Program-made: the position numbers and the translations under genes
NCBI GenBank assembly: GCA_903813345.2
Contig: CAIIXF020000001.1
Coordinates: 27,094,001 to 27,158,000 of the forward strand
Direction of reading: 5' to 3'
Source of the DNA: Owenia fusiformis
Lineage: Eukaryota
Length of the DNA: 64,000 bases
The notes under the pieces: model-generated
The model's database searches: none
The model's input: the letters and a program-made list of their open reading frames with translations, nothing else
Told to the model about the DNA's origin: nothing
Shown: piece by piece, positions 50,301-61,915 of the stretch
Layout of the letters: each line of letters opens with the position of its first letter
How positions within the stretch are numbered: position 1 is the stretch's first letter

Positions 50301-53300
50301 TTGATTGTGCTTTCCAATCGCAACATCCCTCTTTAAACTTAAGTATGTGCAAATGCTTTATACATCACATAAATTACATATAAGTAAATCAGTACATCTC
50401 AGTACATGAACAAATTAGATTTTGTATTTGTTAAGTGTATAATGAGTGAAGCTGACTAGAATAAATAGAAATAAATATTGTAATATTGTAGTAAGTAATG
50501 AGTGTAATGAATTATTCCTTCAAACTGAAATTTGTCATTACATGTAGCTCCCTAAAGAGGTTTATAAATAATTTTTATAAAGAAAATAAAAATTGTATCA
50601 CTTCTTTAAATAATTTTTAAAATGAATGAAACACACACACACTTTAGTAGTTTTGGCATGTTTGTATCTTTTATTCATGTAATATTTATGGAAAATCTTT
50701 ATTTATGTAGTAATATTACAAATCACTTAGTTTGCCAAATACCTGTGCATTTTCCATCATTGTCAATGAAGCCAGGTTCGCAGAGACACCTATAGCCTAC
50801 AGTAGTGTTCTCACAGTCTTGACTTGCATCACACAGACTTGTGTTTACCTTACAGTCATTCAGATCTGGAAAATAACAGTTCATTATTGTATACCATATA
50901 ATTTTAAATATACTAAGCACCATGATCACCTGGTTATAACGACGTAATCAGATGTTACTTTTAACATACAAGTAAAATATTTGGATGCGTACTCAACAGC
51001 CTCCTTGGTGAACACGCTGAAAATAAGAAATCTTCAGACGGAAGTTCATCCATTTTGTTATGTCTTTCTAACCAGCTGGGGACGACTAGTGATGAGAAAT
51101 AGAAGGGGATCATTAATCCACTTAGAGATTAGCATATAACATCAAGAAAGCCCAATTAGCCTCCTCAAAATTTTTGCAAAATATTTCTTGACTTTAAGAT
51201 GTATGTTCAAAATGAACAATTCATATGTTCTTTGATGAGTGAAATAGAAGTCCCTATGAAGTACAATCAATTATTTATCCCACTTGACTTTAACATGCCT
51301 AAATCTCAGCTACATATCATAGCACTAAATGTCTGAACCCCCTCATTATCTACTATAGGGGAGGCAGTCATAAACATTGTACATGTTTACCTGTTTCACA
51401 ATGTGTTCCTGTGTATCCAGAATAACATATACAACTGTAGCTTGTCCTCAGATTCTCACAATAGCCATTGGATCCACAAGGGTTGCCCTCACATGCATTC
51501 AATGCTGCAATATAAACATTTTCTATCAATTAGTACGTACATTCATAAAATCTGAAACAAGTCATAATTTCTAAAACATATCAGAGGAGTCAAACAAGCT
51601 ATATTTTTGAATAGGTTGAGGTTGTGTTGGCCCAGCCTCTGCCTATATTCTAAGACTTTTATGTCTTGGCTATACTCTAATATAGACCTCAATTCAATTG
51701 TTCTATTTATTGTAATGTCAATTCTAATTGATACATACATTTAGATGCATCATTTAAAATAAGATTTTGAAATCTGAATTATATTTACTATTGATATGAC
51801 TTACCTGTACATGTTGTTCCATCACCCGTATAGCCCACCCTACAGACACACCTTGGTGTCTCACCACTCCTGTCACAATCAGCAAATCTATCACATAGAC
51901 TACACTCATCTGAAAGCAAAGGACCAAACCTAAGAAGATGTCTTTCTTTTCTATAGGACACGATGGATCATCTGTGGATATAATTGTGACATCATGGGGA
52001 AAATAGCCAAATATAATAGAAAATCAAAGAAGGGTAGTGTACATGCCAGTAGCCAGCTTTAGCCCATCTTGATCCATTGAGGTATTACATATGACTAGCC
52101 AAGGGGGTCAGTTTTTAAAAATGTTCCATTTGAAAAATGCTCAAAATACTAAATGACTGTATGATTTTGGAAGAATTCAAGAACCTTCTGGCCTGAGCCT
52201 GAGCGTACGCTTAACATGCCCATATGTTGTTTCATTGATGTATTCTTAATAAATGACAAAAAAAGACAGCCAAAACAAAGTCAATGAATTAACATTAGTA
52301 CTCAATTAAAATGTTTTTCATTAGTTTAGGGAGAGTTATCCCAATCATTGCATGGGTGATCCTGACTTAGACTGTCTAGACTACTACAGTTATTTTCTAG
52401 ATTATATTTGTGCATTTAATTCACAATTTGCACAGATTTTGCATAGCAATATTCATTTTTAAATCAAATATATTCTTTCTGGTAGAGGTTGGTATATATT
52501 CTAGCTTTTTAAGAGTTATTTATGTGAGAATAAGGACCCTTTCCAATCTCCAATGTTTTGATATATTGACATTATAAATCAGTCTTATCAGAACTGATAG
52601 GTAACAATGAAGTGTTTCAATAGCTTATTACCCAGAGATTATTGTAAGCTATAAACTCTTATGTGCTAAATGCTTTGAACATACTATGTTGTATTAATTA
52701 AGCAATTTATTCTTCTAAGATAGTAGAGTTATGTAGTTTACTTGTTCACCTTTTATGATCAATATGTCATAACAACCTCTAATCTTCTGAGTCAATAAAA
52801 TATATTAAACAAAACATGCAAAATGTCATCACCTGCCATTTGTTACACTTGTTTCAGACACCGAATACCAACCACCAACTGCCAAATGCCATCCACAAAA
52901 ACATAATTACGATGACTGAAGTAAATATACATGTATCTCGTATGCTAAACTAATTGTTACTTGCTGTATACATGTAATAACCAGAACAACGGCAACGCCA
53001 AAGCGTAGCGAATCCCATCGAACAGAAATGACTGGCATTTTTACAAACGAATAGCAAATATCATAAAAAAACACACCAGAAAGGCCACCATTTTCAAAAT
53101 GGTTGCTCACTGCCAAGTTGTCATCAGAAGAAATAATATGCTTTTAAATAGCCACCTAAAAAATTTTTGAAAAATCGCACACATACTTGTAAAATAACAC
53201 ACATAAAAGTGGTGGCCATTTTTCAAAATGGCCGACAACTCCCCAAAGTTTTACTAGACAATGTGCCATGCTTAAAGTATTCACATATCAAATATGAACA

Positions 53301-56300
53301 AAATCGCTCCACTACTTTTCGAGTTTACTTTTGTCATTAGACAGTGTGCCATGGTTATAGTATTCACATACCAAATATGAAAAAATCACTCCACTACTTT
53401 TCGAGTTATAGTAAAATATGTTAAAATGGCGTCCATTTTTCAAATTTTTTTTCAAAATGGCCGCCTTCTACCAAAAGTGTCATAGGACAGTGTGCCATGC
53501 TTATAGTATTCACATACCAAATATGAACAAAATCGCTCCACTACTTTTCGAGTTATAGTAAAATACGATAAAATGGCGGCCATTTTTCAAAATGGCCGCC
53601 TTCTACCAAAAGTGTCTTGAGACAGTGTGCAATGCTAATAGTATTCACATACCAAATATGAACAAAATCACTCCACTATTTTTCGAGTTACAGCAAAAAT
53701 CGTAAAATGACGAGTAAAGGCCGCCATTTTTCAAGATGGCTGCCATGTGCTTCTTTAATATCTACATTTGTAGCATTATTAATGTCCTTTATAATTTTTT
53801 TACATTTAAAACATATTGCTATTACAGTTTTACATATTGCACCTATATTACTGTAAAATCGGCACTAAAATGGCCGCCATTTTGAAATGAGTGGCCATTT
53901 TGAAAATCTGCTTTTGAGCAGAACTTCTACCCCCATAGGGTATATGTGTACAAAATATGAACAAAATCAGGCCAACGGTATTTGAGTTATTGCCCGGACG
54001 GACGGAGGCGTTCCCTATATCCCTCCGAACTTTGTTCGATGGGATAATAATTATATCAAGAAGCCATGTATTAAGTACCCGTCTACAAGACAAGTGCCTA
54101 ATGATAATTACTAGATGAGCCTATAAGAGTGAAATCAAACTTTTGAAAAGAGTGAGTAATAAGTTTACTTCAAAGTAAATAATTATTTATGATAACATAT
54201 CATATGTGGGTACCTCTTCCCGATAGATCAACAATTAGGCATATCAGTTAGGTTATGATAACATTGTACATATTATGATAATTAATACATCAGCTTGTTT
54301 GCAGAATTAGGCTAAATATTATCTGACCAACAGGAAACTACTTATTACATGTATAATACCTGAGAAATATCATACATTGTAATGTAGTCTGACTCAACAA
54401 TCTGTATAATAATACTGGAATTATTTGTTATAAAATAAATGCATCTGAAAAGCACTGTTGCAGTTTTGTAAATTATACACACATGTTTTGTAGCTTTATT
54501 TGAGATACCGCACAGGGGTATTGAACTTGTTTAATTATGGGCACTTAGTTACTGAGTTAGACAGCCTTATTGTAGAAAGGTATTTTCTTTCTATGTGCTT
54601 TACATGGGGAGTGAGTCACCCCTCTCTCTCTTATATTCTGTAGCCTTTATTAATTTAGAGAATATTGGAGAGGGGGGGTGGGGGGGGGGGTGAATTACTC
54701 CCCATGGTGCTTTGTGTGCTTCCATGTTGAAATGGACCATGGCCATACCATGGTATACCATGGTATGACCATGGTATATGGCCATGAAATGCAATGAAAT
54801 ACCATGGTAATACCATGGCCGATCATGAACGTTAAATGGCACCATTGCATTTCATTGTTAACAGTGCGTTTTTAACATGGAGTTTTCCATTGAAAAAATA
54901 CTGCCGTTTCGCAGTATTTCATGGTCAGAAACCATCAAATGCAATGATATCATGGTCAAGTTCTCGGCCATGATATCATTGCATTTGATGGTTTCTTGAC
55001 CATGATATCATTGCATTTGATGGTTTCTGACCATGAAATACTGTGAAACGGCAGTATTTTTTCAATGGGAAACTCCATGTTAAAAAAACGCTCCTGACCA
55101 TGAAATGCAATGGTGCCATTTAACGATCATGATATACCATGGTATACCATGGTCAATTAACATGTAATTTTGTATCTAAAAAATACCACCGTTTCACAGT
55201 ATTTCATGGTCAAATACCATCAAATGCAGTGATATCATGGTCTAGACATTTAACCATGATATGCAATGGAGCCATTTTATTATTACGATCTACCTTGGTA
55301 TACTGTGGAAACTGTACTTGAAATTTTGCATTTAAAAATACTGCTATTTTGCAGTATTTCATGGTTCACTGGGGAGTATCGTGATGCAACAACACCGTGT
55401 TGTTGCATCAAGATGGCCAGACTTCCGGTGATAGATTTTCGTACGATATTTTGTTTCCCCAATTAAACCCATTTCTAGGACGAGTTGCTCAATAACCATA
55501 CACGTGTAGTTAGCGCACGATCTATATTTAAAGAAACTGTCATTAGTATACATGTACCATCACCAAGAAGTCATAAGTTCACGATTTTAGTTCCTCACTA
55601 TTGATGCAACAACACCAAACCGAAGATGCAACAACTGCACTCCTCTAGATTTGAGCAATGATGCAGCAACACCAATTATTAGTATACTTTCAGAAGACCA
55701 TAAATCTCGAGAGGAACAGATTTTTAAATGCTACTATTGCAACACCGTTACCCATTACCAATATTTGCGTTCTTCTCAAGGCATTCAAAATACACGTCCT
55801 GCGGGCGAAGATCCTTTATATGTATTTTCAAAAATGTAATGGTATACCATGGTATGACCATGGTATATGGCCATGAAATGCAATGAAATACCATGGTAAT
55901 ACCATGGCCGATCATGAACGTTAAATGGCACCATTGCATTTCATTGTTAACAGTGCGTTTTTAACATGGAGTTTTCCATTGAAAAAATACTGCCGTTTCG
56001 CAGTATTTCATGGTCAGAAACCATCAAATGCAATGATATCATGGTCAAGTTCTCGGCCATGATATCATTGCATTTGATGGTTTCTTGACCATGATATCAT
56101 TGCATTTGATGGTTTCTGGGAAACTCCATGTTAAAAAAACGCTCCTGACCATGAAATGCAATGGTGCCATTTAACGATCATGATATACCATGGTATACCA
56201 TGGTCAATTAACATGTAATTTTGTATCTAAAAAATACCACCGTTTCACAGTATTTCATGGTCAAATACCATCAAATGCAGTGATATCATGGTCTAGACAT

Positions 56301-59300
56301 TTAACCATGATATGCAATGGAGCCATTTTATTATTACGATCTACCTTGGTATACTGTGGAAACTGTACTTGAAATTTTGCATTTAAAAATACTGCTATTT
56401 TGCAGTATTTCATGGTTCACTGGGGAGTATCGTGATGCAACAACACCGTGTTGTTGCATCAAGATGGCCAGACTTCCGGTGATAGATTTTCGTACGATAT
56501 TTTGTTTCCCCAATTAAACCCATTTCTAGGACGAGTTGCTCAATAACCATACACGTGTAGTTAGCGCACGATCTATATTTAAAGAAACTGTCATTAGTAT
56601 ACATGTACCATCACCAAGAAGTCATAAGTTCACGATTTTAGTTCCTCACTATTGATGCAACAACACCAAACCGAAGATGCAACAACTGCACTCCTCTAGA
56701 TTTGAGCAATGATGCAGCAACACCAATTATTAGTATACTTTCAGAAGACCATAAATCTCGAGAGGAACAGATTTTTAAATGCTACTATTGCAACACCGTT
56801 ACCCATTACCAATATTTGCGTTCTTCTCAAGGCATTCAAAATACACGTCCTGCGGGCGAAGATCCTTTATATGTATTTTCAAAAATGTATACTTATATTA
56901 TAATGTACTGGACGTTGTTCTATAGAGTTCAATCGCCTTTAACATGGCAAGCTTTAGTAACCCAATCTATTTTCATAAACCACTGTTCCATAGCTTGATG
57001 ACCCTGACTCCAGTTAGTATCATTCAAAATGGTGGACAAACATCTTTCGTTCTCGGTAAACATGATGAGCTATTGGAAATTATCTGTCATCCATCTGTGG
57101 AACAGTGATAAACTAGTAGATGTACGTTACCACTGTTTATCAAATTATAACTAAAACAGTTTAACTGTGACATTCGTGAGCTTACTGTATGTCGATGGGA
57201 TGATTGCTTCATCTATCATATAATATGATATGATTCTTTATTTCCTCCAATTTGGAGAGCCAACGTGTAAAAACGTCTAATTGACTTTATTAGAGAGGCC
57301 GTTTAGTTACACGTTTAATGGAAATCTTGCACGACGCACATGTAGAATTATTGCTCTCTTTGGATTCCTTCTCTCCGACTGAGTAAAAAGGTAAACAAAA
57401 GTGATAAGATTAAGGGCCCAAAAAGGTAAATTGATAGGGGTACAGTTATCCCAGATATCCCGGGCCCTCGGGAAATATCATATTGTCTCTCGGAATAAAA
57501 CCAATATTGAATCCCTCTCAGTAAATAATCTTTATATAATAGCATTGTATAACTGCAATATCATTAAACCAACACTCATCCTATACAACTCTTGAGAACG
57601 ATGTACAACTCCTGGATAGCGTAAACTCCTGAGCAGCGTATACAACTCTTCAACTTGATATATGACATCATACTTTGGGTGGGATAACAAAGGATATACA
57701 ATATACAATTGTAGACCTCTCTTGAGGTCAACTGGCAAAATTGTATACCGATACTGTAATCCTTGAAAGTTCGGAAGTCGAGGTCAACAGTACTCTCAGG
57801 GTTTACTGTTGAGGTATACACTTTGGCCAGTTGACCGAATAGAGAGGTTAACAATTGTTTGTAGTCCGAAGAATATAATAATTTGAAGGATATAATATAC
57901 AATTATTGACCTCTCCAGAGGTTTACTGTCAAAATTATATCCCGAGGGATAATTTTGACAGTAAACCGAATGGAGAGGTCTATAATTGTTTTGTTAGTCC
58001 GAAGAATATCTTAGATTTTTCTGACCCTTGAAGTTGACTTGAAGTTGGATCCAGACCCTCGAGACGTTCATGTTGTATTTCAGTATATCGGCAGTAAGTT
58101 CACTCAATGGAGTCAAATTACTCTCCTGGGCGAAGTCCACTAAAAGCTTTGTACAAAGTTTTAGATTTTTCTTCGTATTTTGACTGTCTTTACTCTCTAA
58201 GAGACTAATAATATCCTCATCTTCAACATTTTTGAAACGGCTAGTGCTAGCGGCGGCCATTTTATCGTCTGATAATGACGTCATTTTAGTGGAATGCTGG
58301 GAATATTATTCACCGGCAATGCATTGCGCGGTGTACAGTTAAAATTATTCACCGCTCGTTGACCAATCAAAATCGAGTATTTCAACTGAGGTACTAACAA
58401 TACATTTTGTTGACCGCTCATCAACCAATCAGAATTGAGTATTTCAATTGAGGTACTAACAAAATGACTGATATCTGTTGTCTTTCCAAAATTATATTAG
58501 TTATTTGTAAACAATTTCCATGCGGTAAATCAAGGGCATTTAATTTAGAAAATGTATAATTTTTATTTTTCAGATACAATATCAATGAGATTACCTCCCG
58601 GGGATTCAGTTCTTTATTTAGTTTGCCTTGTTTATCCTTTTAACTTTGATAAAGACAAAGAAACCAAACAAAATACGTTTCGTTCATGGACCACTGACTC
58701 ACGCGTTTTATTCATGTCCCGACCTACGAGTACACCTGTAAACAGAACATAAAACAGGTTCTCTTGTTGTTCAATGATACATTATATTGGCGTTTTTGCA
58801 TCAGCACATTGGTGTTGTTGCATCATCGATAAGAAACAGAGTGGTGTTGTTGCATCAATAGTGAGGAATTAAAACCACGAATTTATCGCTTCTTGATGAT
58901 GCTACATGTATACCAATGACAGTTTTTTAAAATACAGATCATGCGCTAACTGCATGTGTATGATTACTGAGCAACTCGTCCTAGAAATGGATGTAAATTG
59001 GTAAAACAAAACATCGTACGAAAATCTATCACCGGAAGTTAGGCCATCTTGATGCAACAACACGGTGTTGTTGCATCACGATACCCCCCAGTGATGGTTG
59101 CAAACCATCAAATGCAATGAAGTACAGTCAAGATGTTTAATCGAAGACTGGAGGTTTGACTTACAAAATATTAAGTTGATCTCCTATTTAACCGACAACA
59201 GTCAAATAAAAGTAAAGCATATTTGTTTAACAAAAAAAAATTTGTTTCTAGGGTTATTAACTTAATTATTCATAATAGAAATTAATTTATTAAATAAAGG

Positions 59301-61275
59301 AACAAAAGTATATAAAGTTGTGATTTTGATGAATATCAGAATCAATAATTATAATAATTTGGTTATCTAATTAACATTTATTAATAAAGATATTTCATGT
59401 AAAAAATACTTTTTGAACATGGTCTTTCATTGTATTTCACTGCATTGCAAGAAAGACCATTGCATTTCATTGCATATCATGATCAATCATTGTATTTCAT
59501 TGCATTTCATGGTTAAACGTGGTATTTCATTGCATTTCATGATCCATTTCAACTCTGACCAATTTTAGACTTGAGACTCTTGTAGAGTTCTTTTTAGCAA
59601 TGAAATACCATGGTATAACCATGGTATTTGATGGTCAGGTTTGACAATGAAATGCTATGAAATACAAGCAACCACGAAATGCAATGATATGCCATGATAA
59701 ATGATAGTTGTGATTATGGCAATGAAATACCATGGTATGACCATAGTATTTGATGGTCAGGTTTGACAATAAAATGCCATGAAATACCACCAACCATGAA
59801 ATGCAATGATAAAACCATGATAAATGAGAGTTATGATTTTGGAAATGAAATGACATGGTATGACCATGGTAATTGATTGTCACACGGTACAATGAAATGC
59901 CATGAAATGTCATCAACCATGATATACAATGGTAATACCATGGTAAATGATGGTCAGGTACATAACAATAAAATATCATGGTATGACCATGACATTTGAT
60001 TGTCAAATTGTACTATGAAATACCATCAACCATGATATACAATGGTAATACCATGGTAAATGATGGTCAGGAACATGGCAATGAAATACCATGGTATGAC
60101 CATGGTATTTGATTGTCACATCTTATAATGAAATGCCATCAACCATGATATACCATGATAAATTATGGTCAGGAACATGGCATTGAAATACCATGGTATT
60201 TGATTGTCACATCTTACAATGAAATGCCATGAAATGCAATCAACCATGATATACCATGGTAATACCATGGTAAATGATGGTCAGGAACATGGCAATGAAA
60301 TACCATGGTTTTTGATGGCAAACTTTGGACATGAAATACCATGAAACATGGTATAACATGATATACCATGGTATACCATGGTCAAAAATTGACCAAAAAA
60401 ACATCATTGCCACCATGGTCAGAGTTGATGGTAATTTCATTGCCGATCATGATAGACCATGGTAAACCATGGTATACCATGGTATCATGGTTTACGTTTA
60501 AACATGGTTATATATGGCTGATAAGGTATTTTCAACTCAGCTTTTATATAAGAAAAATTAAACTGGCATATTTTGCAAAGAATAACTTACCAATTGACTC
60601 TGTTGTAGCTATGGTGGTTATATTATAACCTGTGGTTACATTCGATGCTGTAATACCAGTGGTATTGTCATACATGCCAGTGGTATTGACAAATATGCCA
60701 GTGGTGTTGTCATATATGCCAGTGGTATTGACAAATATGCCTGTGGTATTATCATATATGCCAGTGGTATTGTGATACATGCCAGTGGTATTGACAAATA
60801 CACCAGTGGTATTTTCATATATGGCAGTAGTGTTGTCATACATGCCAGTTGTATTGACAAATATGCCAGTGGTATTGTCATATATTCCAGTGGTATTGTC
60901 ATATTTTCCAGTGGAATTGTCATATATGCCAGTGGTATTCCCATATATACCAGTAGTATTTTCATAACTAGGAGTAACTGTTTCATTGAAGCTCATTGTC
61001 ACATTAAAATGAGTTGGCATAGTAACAGTTTCATTCCAAGATTGTGTACTATTCCATAGTTTAGTACTATTCCTTGATTCAGTGCTGTTCCAACTTTCTG
61101 TATTGTTAATTGGCAATTGTGTACTATTTATTGAATAAGTCCTATTCCAGGTGTCTGAACTGTTCATTGATGATTGTGTATTTGGTGTTGTTTCATCTTG
61201 TGAAAACACCATTGCGGAAAATAATATAAGCACGGAAGCGTGCCACCAAAGATGCATTTTGAAAGATTTGCTCAT
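32506..61275 (-). CDS. Membrane mucin-like protein (MUC4/SUSD2-like): signal peptide, N-glycan repeats, 3 EGF, NIDO, AMOP, vWD, EGF, SEA, EGF, TM, cytoplasmic tail; ~1640 aa, 29 exons
   Basis: Phase-consistent GT-AG exons read manually: 61275-60591, 51909-51805, 51504-51391, 50865-50743, 49269-49148, 48828-48520, 47869-47674, 47130-46878, 46673-46510, 45426-45330, 45113-45011, 44763-44587, 44094-43911, 43561-43304, 43114-42968, 42352-42158, 40523-40338, 39790-39668, 39461-39327, 38758-38625, 38178-38111, 37818-37646, 37427-37284, 36798-36676, 36194-36125, 35881-35826, 35303-35216, 33098-32888, 32691-32506. They sum to 4929 nt and read open to the TAG stop. Confidence 0.88.
36495..36690 (-). 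repeat. ~50-bp tandem repeat that duplicates a splice donor
   Basis: CTTAC (minus-strand GTAAG) in similar context at 36522, 36571, 36620 and 36671. Confidence 0.75.
37646..38758 (-). CDS. Mucin SEA-domain exons
   Basis: WTIDLLDPTSKAYADLATKV|VDGIYKNS...VYEF|SQGSIIARFNIFF, matching the SEA GSVVV-type motif. Confidence 0.75.
38286..38471. mobile_element. Short MITE with CAGGCCCGTAGCCAGG TIRs (related copy at ~44330-44553)
   Basis: CAGGCCCGTAGCCAGG...CCTGGCTACGGGCCTG. Confidence 0.7.
40720..41934. mobile_element. TTAA-flanked non-autonomous DNA transposon (Kolobok-like) with ~200-bp TIRs
   Basis: TTAA-AGGAATATTCCTTGCCA...TGGCAAGGAATATTCCT-TTAA. Confidence 0.72.
40919..41529. mobile_element. 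Tc1/mariner-type MITE nested in the previous element
   Basis: TA-CAGGGTGTCAAATAAGTCCCGTCCCCC...GGGGGACGGGACTTATTTGACACCCTG-TA. Confidence 0.85.
43304..47130 (-). CDS. Mucin AMOP and vWD-domain exons
   Basis: PCPCSWNQARRDTRF, CCTNSNLCHLFYKQRPSNGCSGYVPP, GDPHLITLD..YTFNGLGEYVLM, TQGLLGKFNGD, CGDNLQCQVDY. Confidence 0.9.
45468..46243 (-). mobile_element. HINE/Helentron-like non-autonomous element with (GACG)n microsatellite
   Basis: ACTAG end with a hairpin and subTIR ATCCCAACGAAC. The other end has (GACG)n and TATCCCGACCAAAC..GTTTGTTGGGATA. Confidence 0.65.
47222..47351. mobile_element. Small palindromic MITE (PIF/Harbinger-like)
   Basis: TGCCTGGGTCACATTTGCTCCGATTCAT...ATGAATCGGAACAAATGTGACCCAGGCA. 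Confidence 0.65.
47674..49269 (-). CDS. Mucin NIDO-domain exons
   Basis: LYPY...GGISYFGKIYHRLF|VSMNGYISLG...LIAPWFTDID...VATWYKVPPY|NATFQVVMVTDSRVSFVLYNY. Confidence 0.88.
47980..48277. mobile_element. piggyBac-like MITE
   Basis: TTAA-CCTCTTGA...TCAAGAGG-TTAA. Confidence 0.6.
52980..54048 (-). mobile_element. HINE/Helentron-like element with ~130-bp internal tandem repeats
   Basis: Same end architecture as 45468-46243 (GGACGGACGG, TATCCCTCCGAAC..GTTCGATGGGATA). Repeated AAAATGGCGGCCATTTT/CAAATATGAACAAAATC units. Confidence 0.65.
54750..56889 (+). repeat. Near-identical tandem duplication (1089 + 1051 bp)
   Basis: Units 54750-55838 and 55839-56889. Identical spurious ORFs are offset by 1051. 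The second copy has one 38-bp deletion. Confidence 0.9.
56418..59093. mobile_element. Non-autonomous DNA transposon with CACTG termini, ~250-bp TIRs and apparent ATGGTT target duplication
   Basis: ATGGTT-CACTGGGGAGTATCGTGATGCAACAACACCGTG...CACGGTGTTGTTGCATCACGATACCCCCCAGTG-ATGGTT. Confidence 0.75.
58090..58284 (-). pseudogene. N-terminal fragment of a Crypton/DUF3504-type tyrosine recombinase protein
   Basis: SRFKNVEDEDIISLLESKDSQNTKKNLK...LLVDF resembles the N-terminus of Crypton-derived proteins (recognised from memory). No catalytic domain follows. Confidence 0.45.
59410..60510. repeat. CCATGG/ATGAAAT-rich degenerate satellite
   Basis: Dense ATACCATGGTAT palindromes. A related tract lies at 54720-55260. 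Confidence 0.8.
60591..61275 (-). CDS. Mucin first coding exon: signal peptide + NTTG heptad repeats
   Basis: Signal-like MHLWWHASVLILFSAMVFSQ, 15 x NTTG(I/M/V)(Y/F)x, and a phase-1 donor G/GTAAGT at 60591. Confidence 0.85.
60651..60965 (-). repeat. Coding 21-bp tandem repeat (15 units)
   Basis: CCAGTGGTATTGTCATATATG units encode NTTG-x-Y/F-x. Confidence 0.9.
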
Positions 61276-61740
61276 TAGCTGTTTCTGTTACACTTGCTTT
61301 TGTTGCTCCTAATTGTAGTTTGCTACAGGAAACTGTTTCTCTGAGTAATATTAGGCTATCAGGTGTAATACCAGACCAACCCCACTTATCTTTGACACAT
61401 TCTGAACAAATAAAGACACCCATAGATAATGAGATTATCTCTGCTTTTATACATGTTCCTGGCTGAGTCTTTCCTAGTATAGGCCTTGCATCATGTATAT
61501 GTTTACCATTATCATCGTTCACCAAGAGTCATTGTATACATACAATAATGTCATAGGTTAACATTGTTCTGCTATTTTCCAACATTGATGGTTTCAAATG
61601 TTCATTATTTGTATTGTTGTATGTGTGCTTTGATTCCTCTGAAGTTTGAACTGAAATGTATTTTGATATCTGCATTCATTATTTTATGGCTTCAATTTAG
61701 ATTTTCTTATCATGTCTGGAGAGACCTGGGAAATATCATA

Positions 61741-61915
61741 CAGTTAAACTTGTAAAGTGGAACACCTCTAAAATTTGAACACATTTGTTAATGGAACACT
61801 TTACAGAGTCCCAAGACCAATTGATTTAATGTTAATGAACCTCAATACAGAGAATCTCCCAAATGGAACACCTTTTAGAGGTACCAAAGGTGTTCTACGT
61901 AGACAGGTTTTACTG
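61741..61915. mobile_element. TA-flanked CAGT-terminus MITE
   Basis: TA-CAGTTAAACTTGT...ACAGGTTTTACTG-TA. Confidence 0.6.

Noticed and set aside
55139-56998. Pairs of identical small ORFs
   Set aside because: Products of the tandem duplication of non-coding repeat DNA.
59635-60440. His/Trp/Met-rich ORFs
   Set aside because: Translations of the CCATGG satellite within mucin intron 1.
61193-61525. 110-aa minus-strand ORF upstream of the mucin start
   Set aside because: Non-ATG start, out of frame with the mucin, no recognisable motif; probably UTR or intron.
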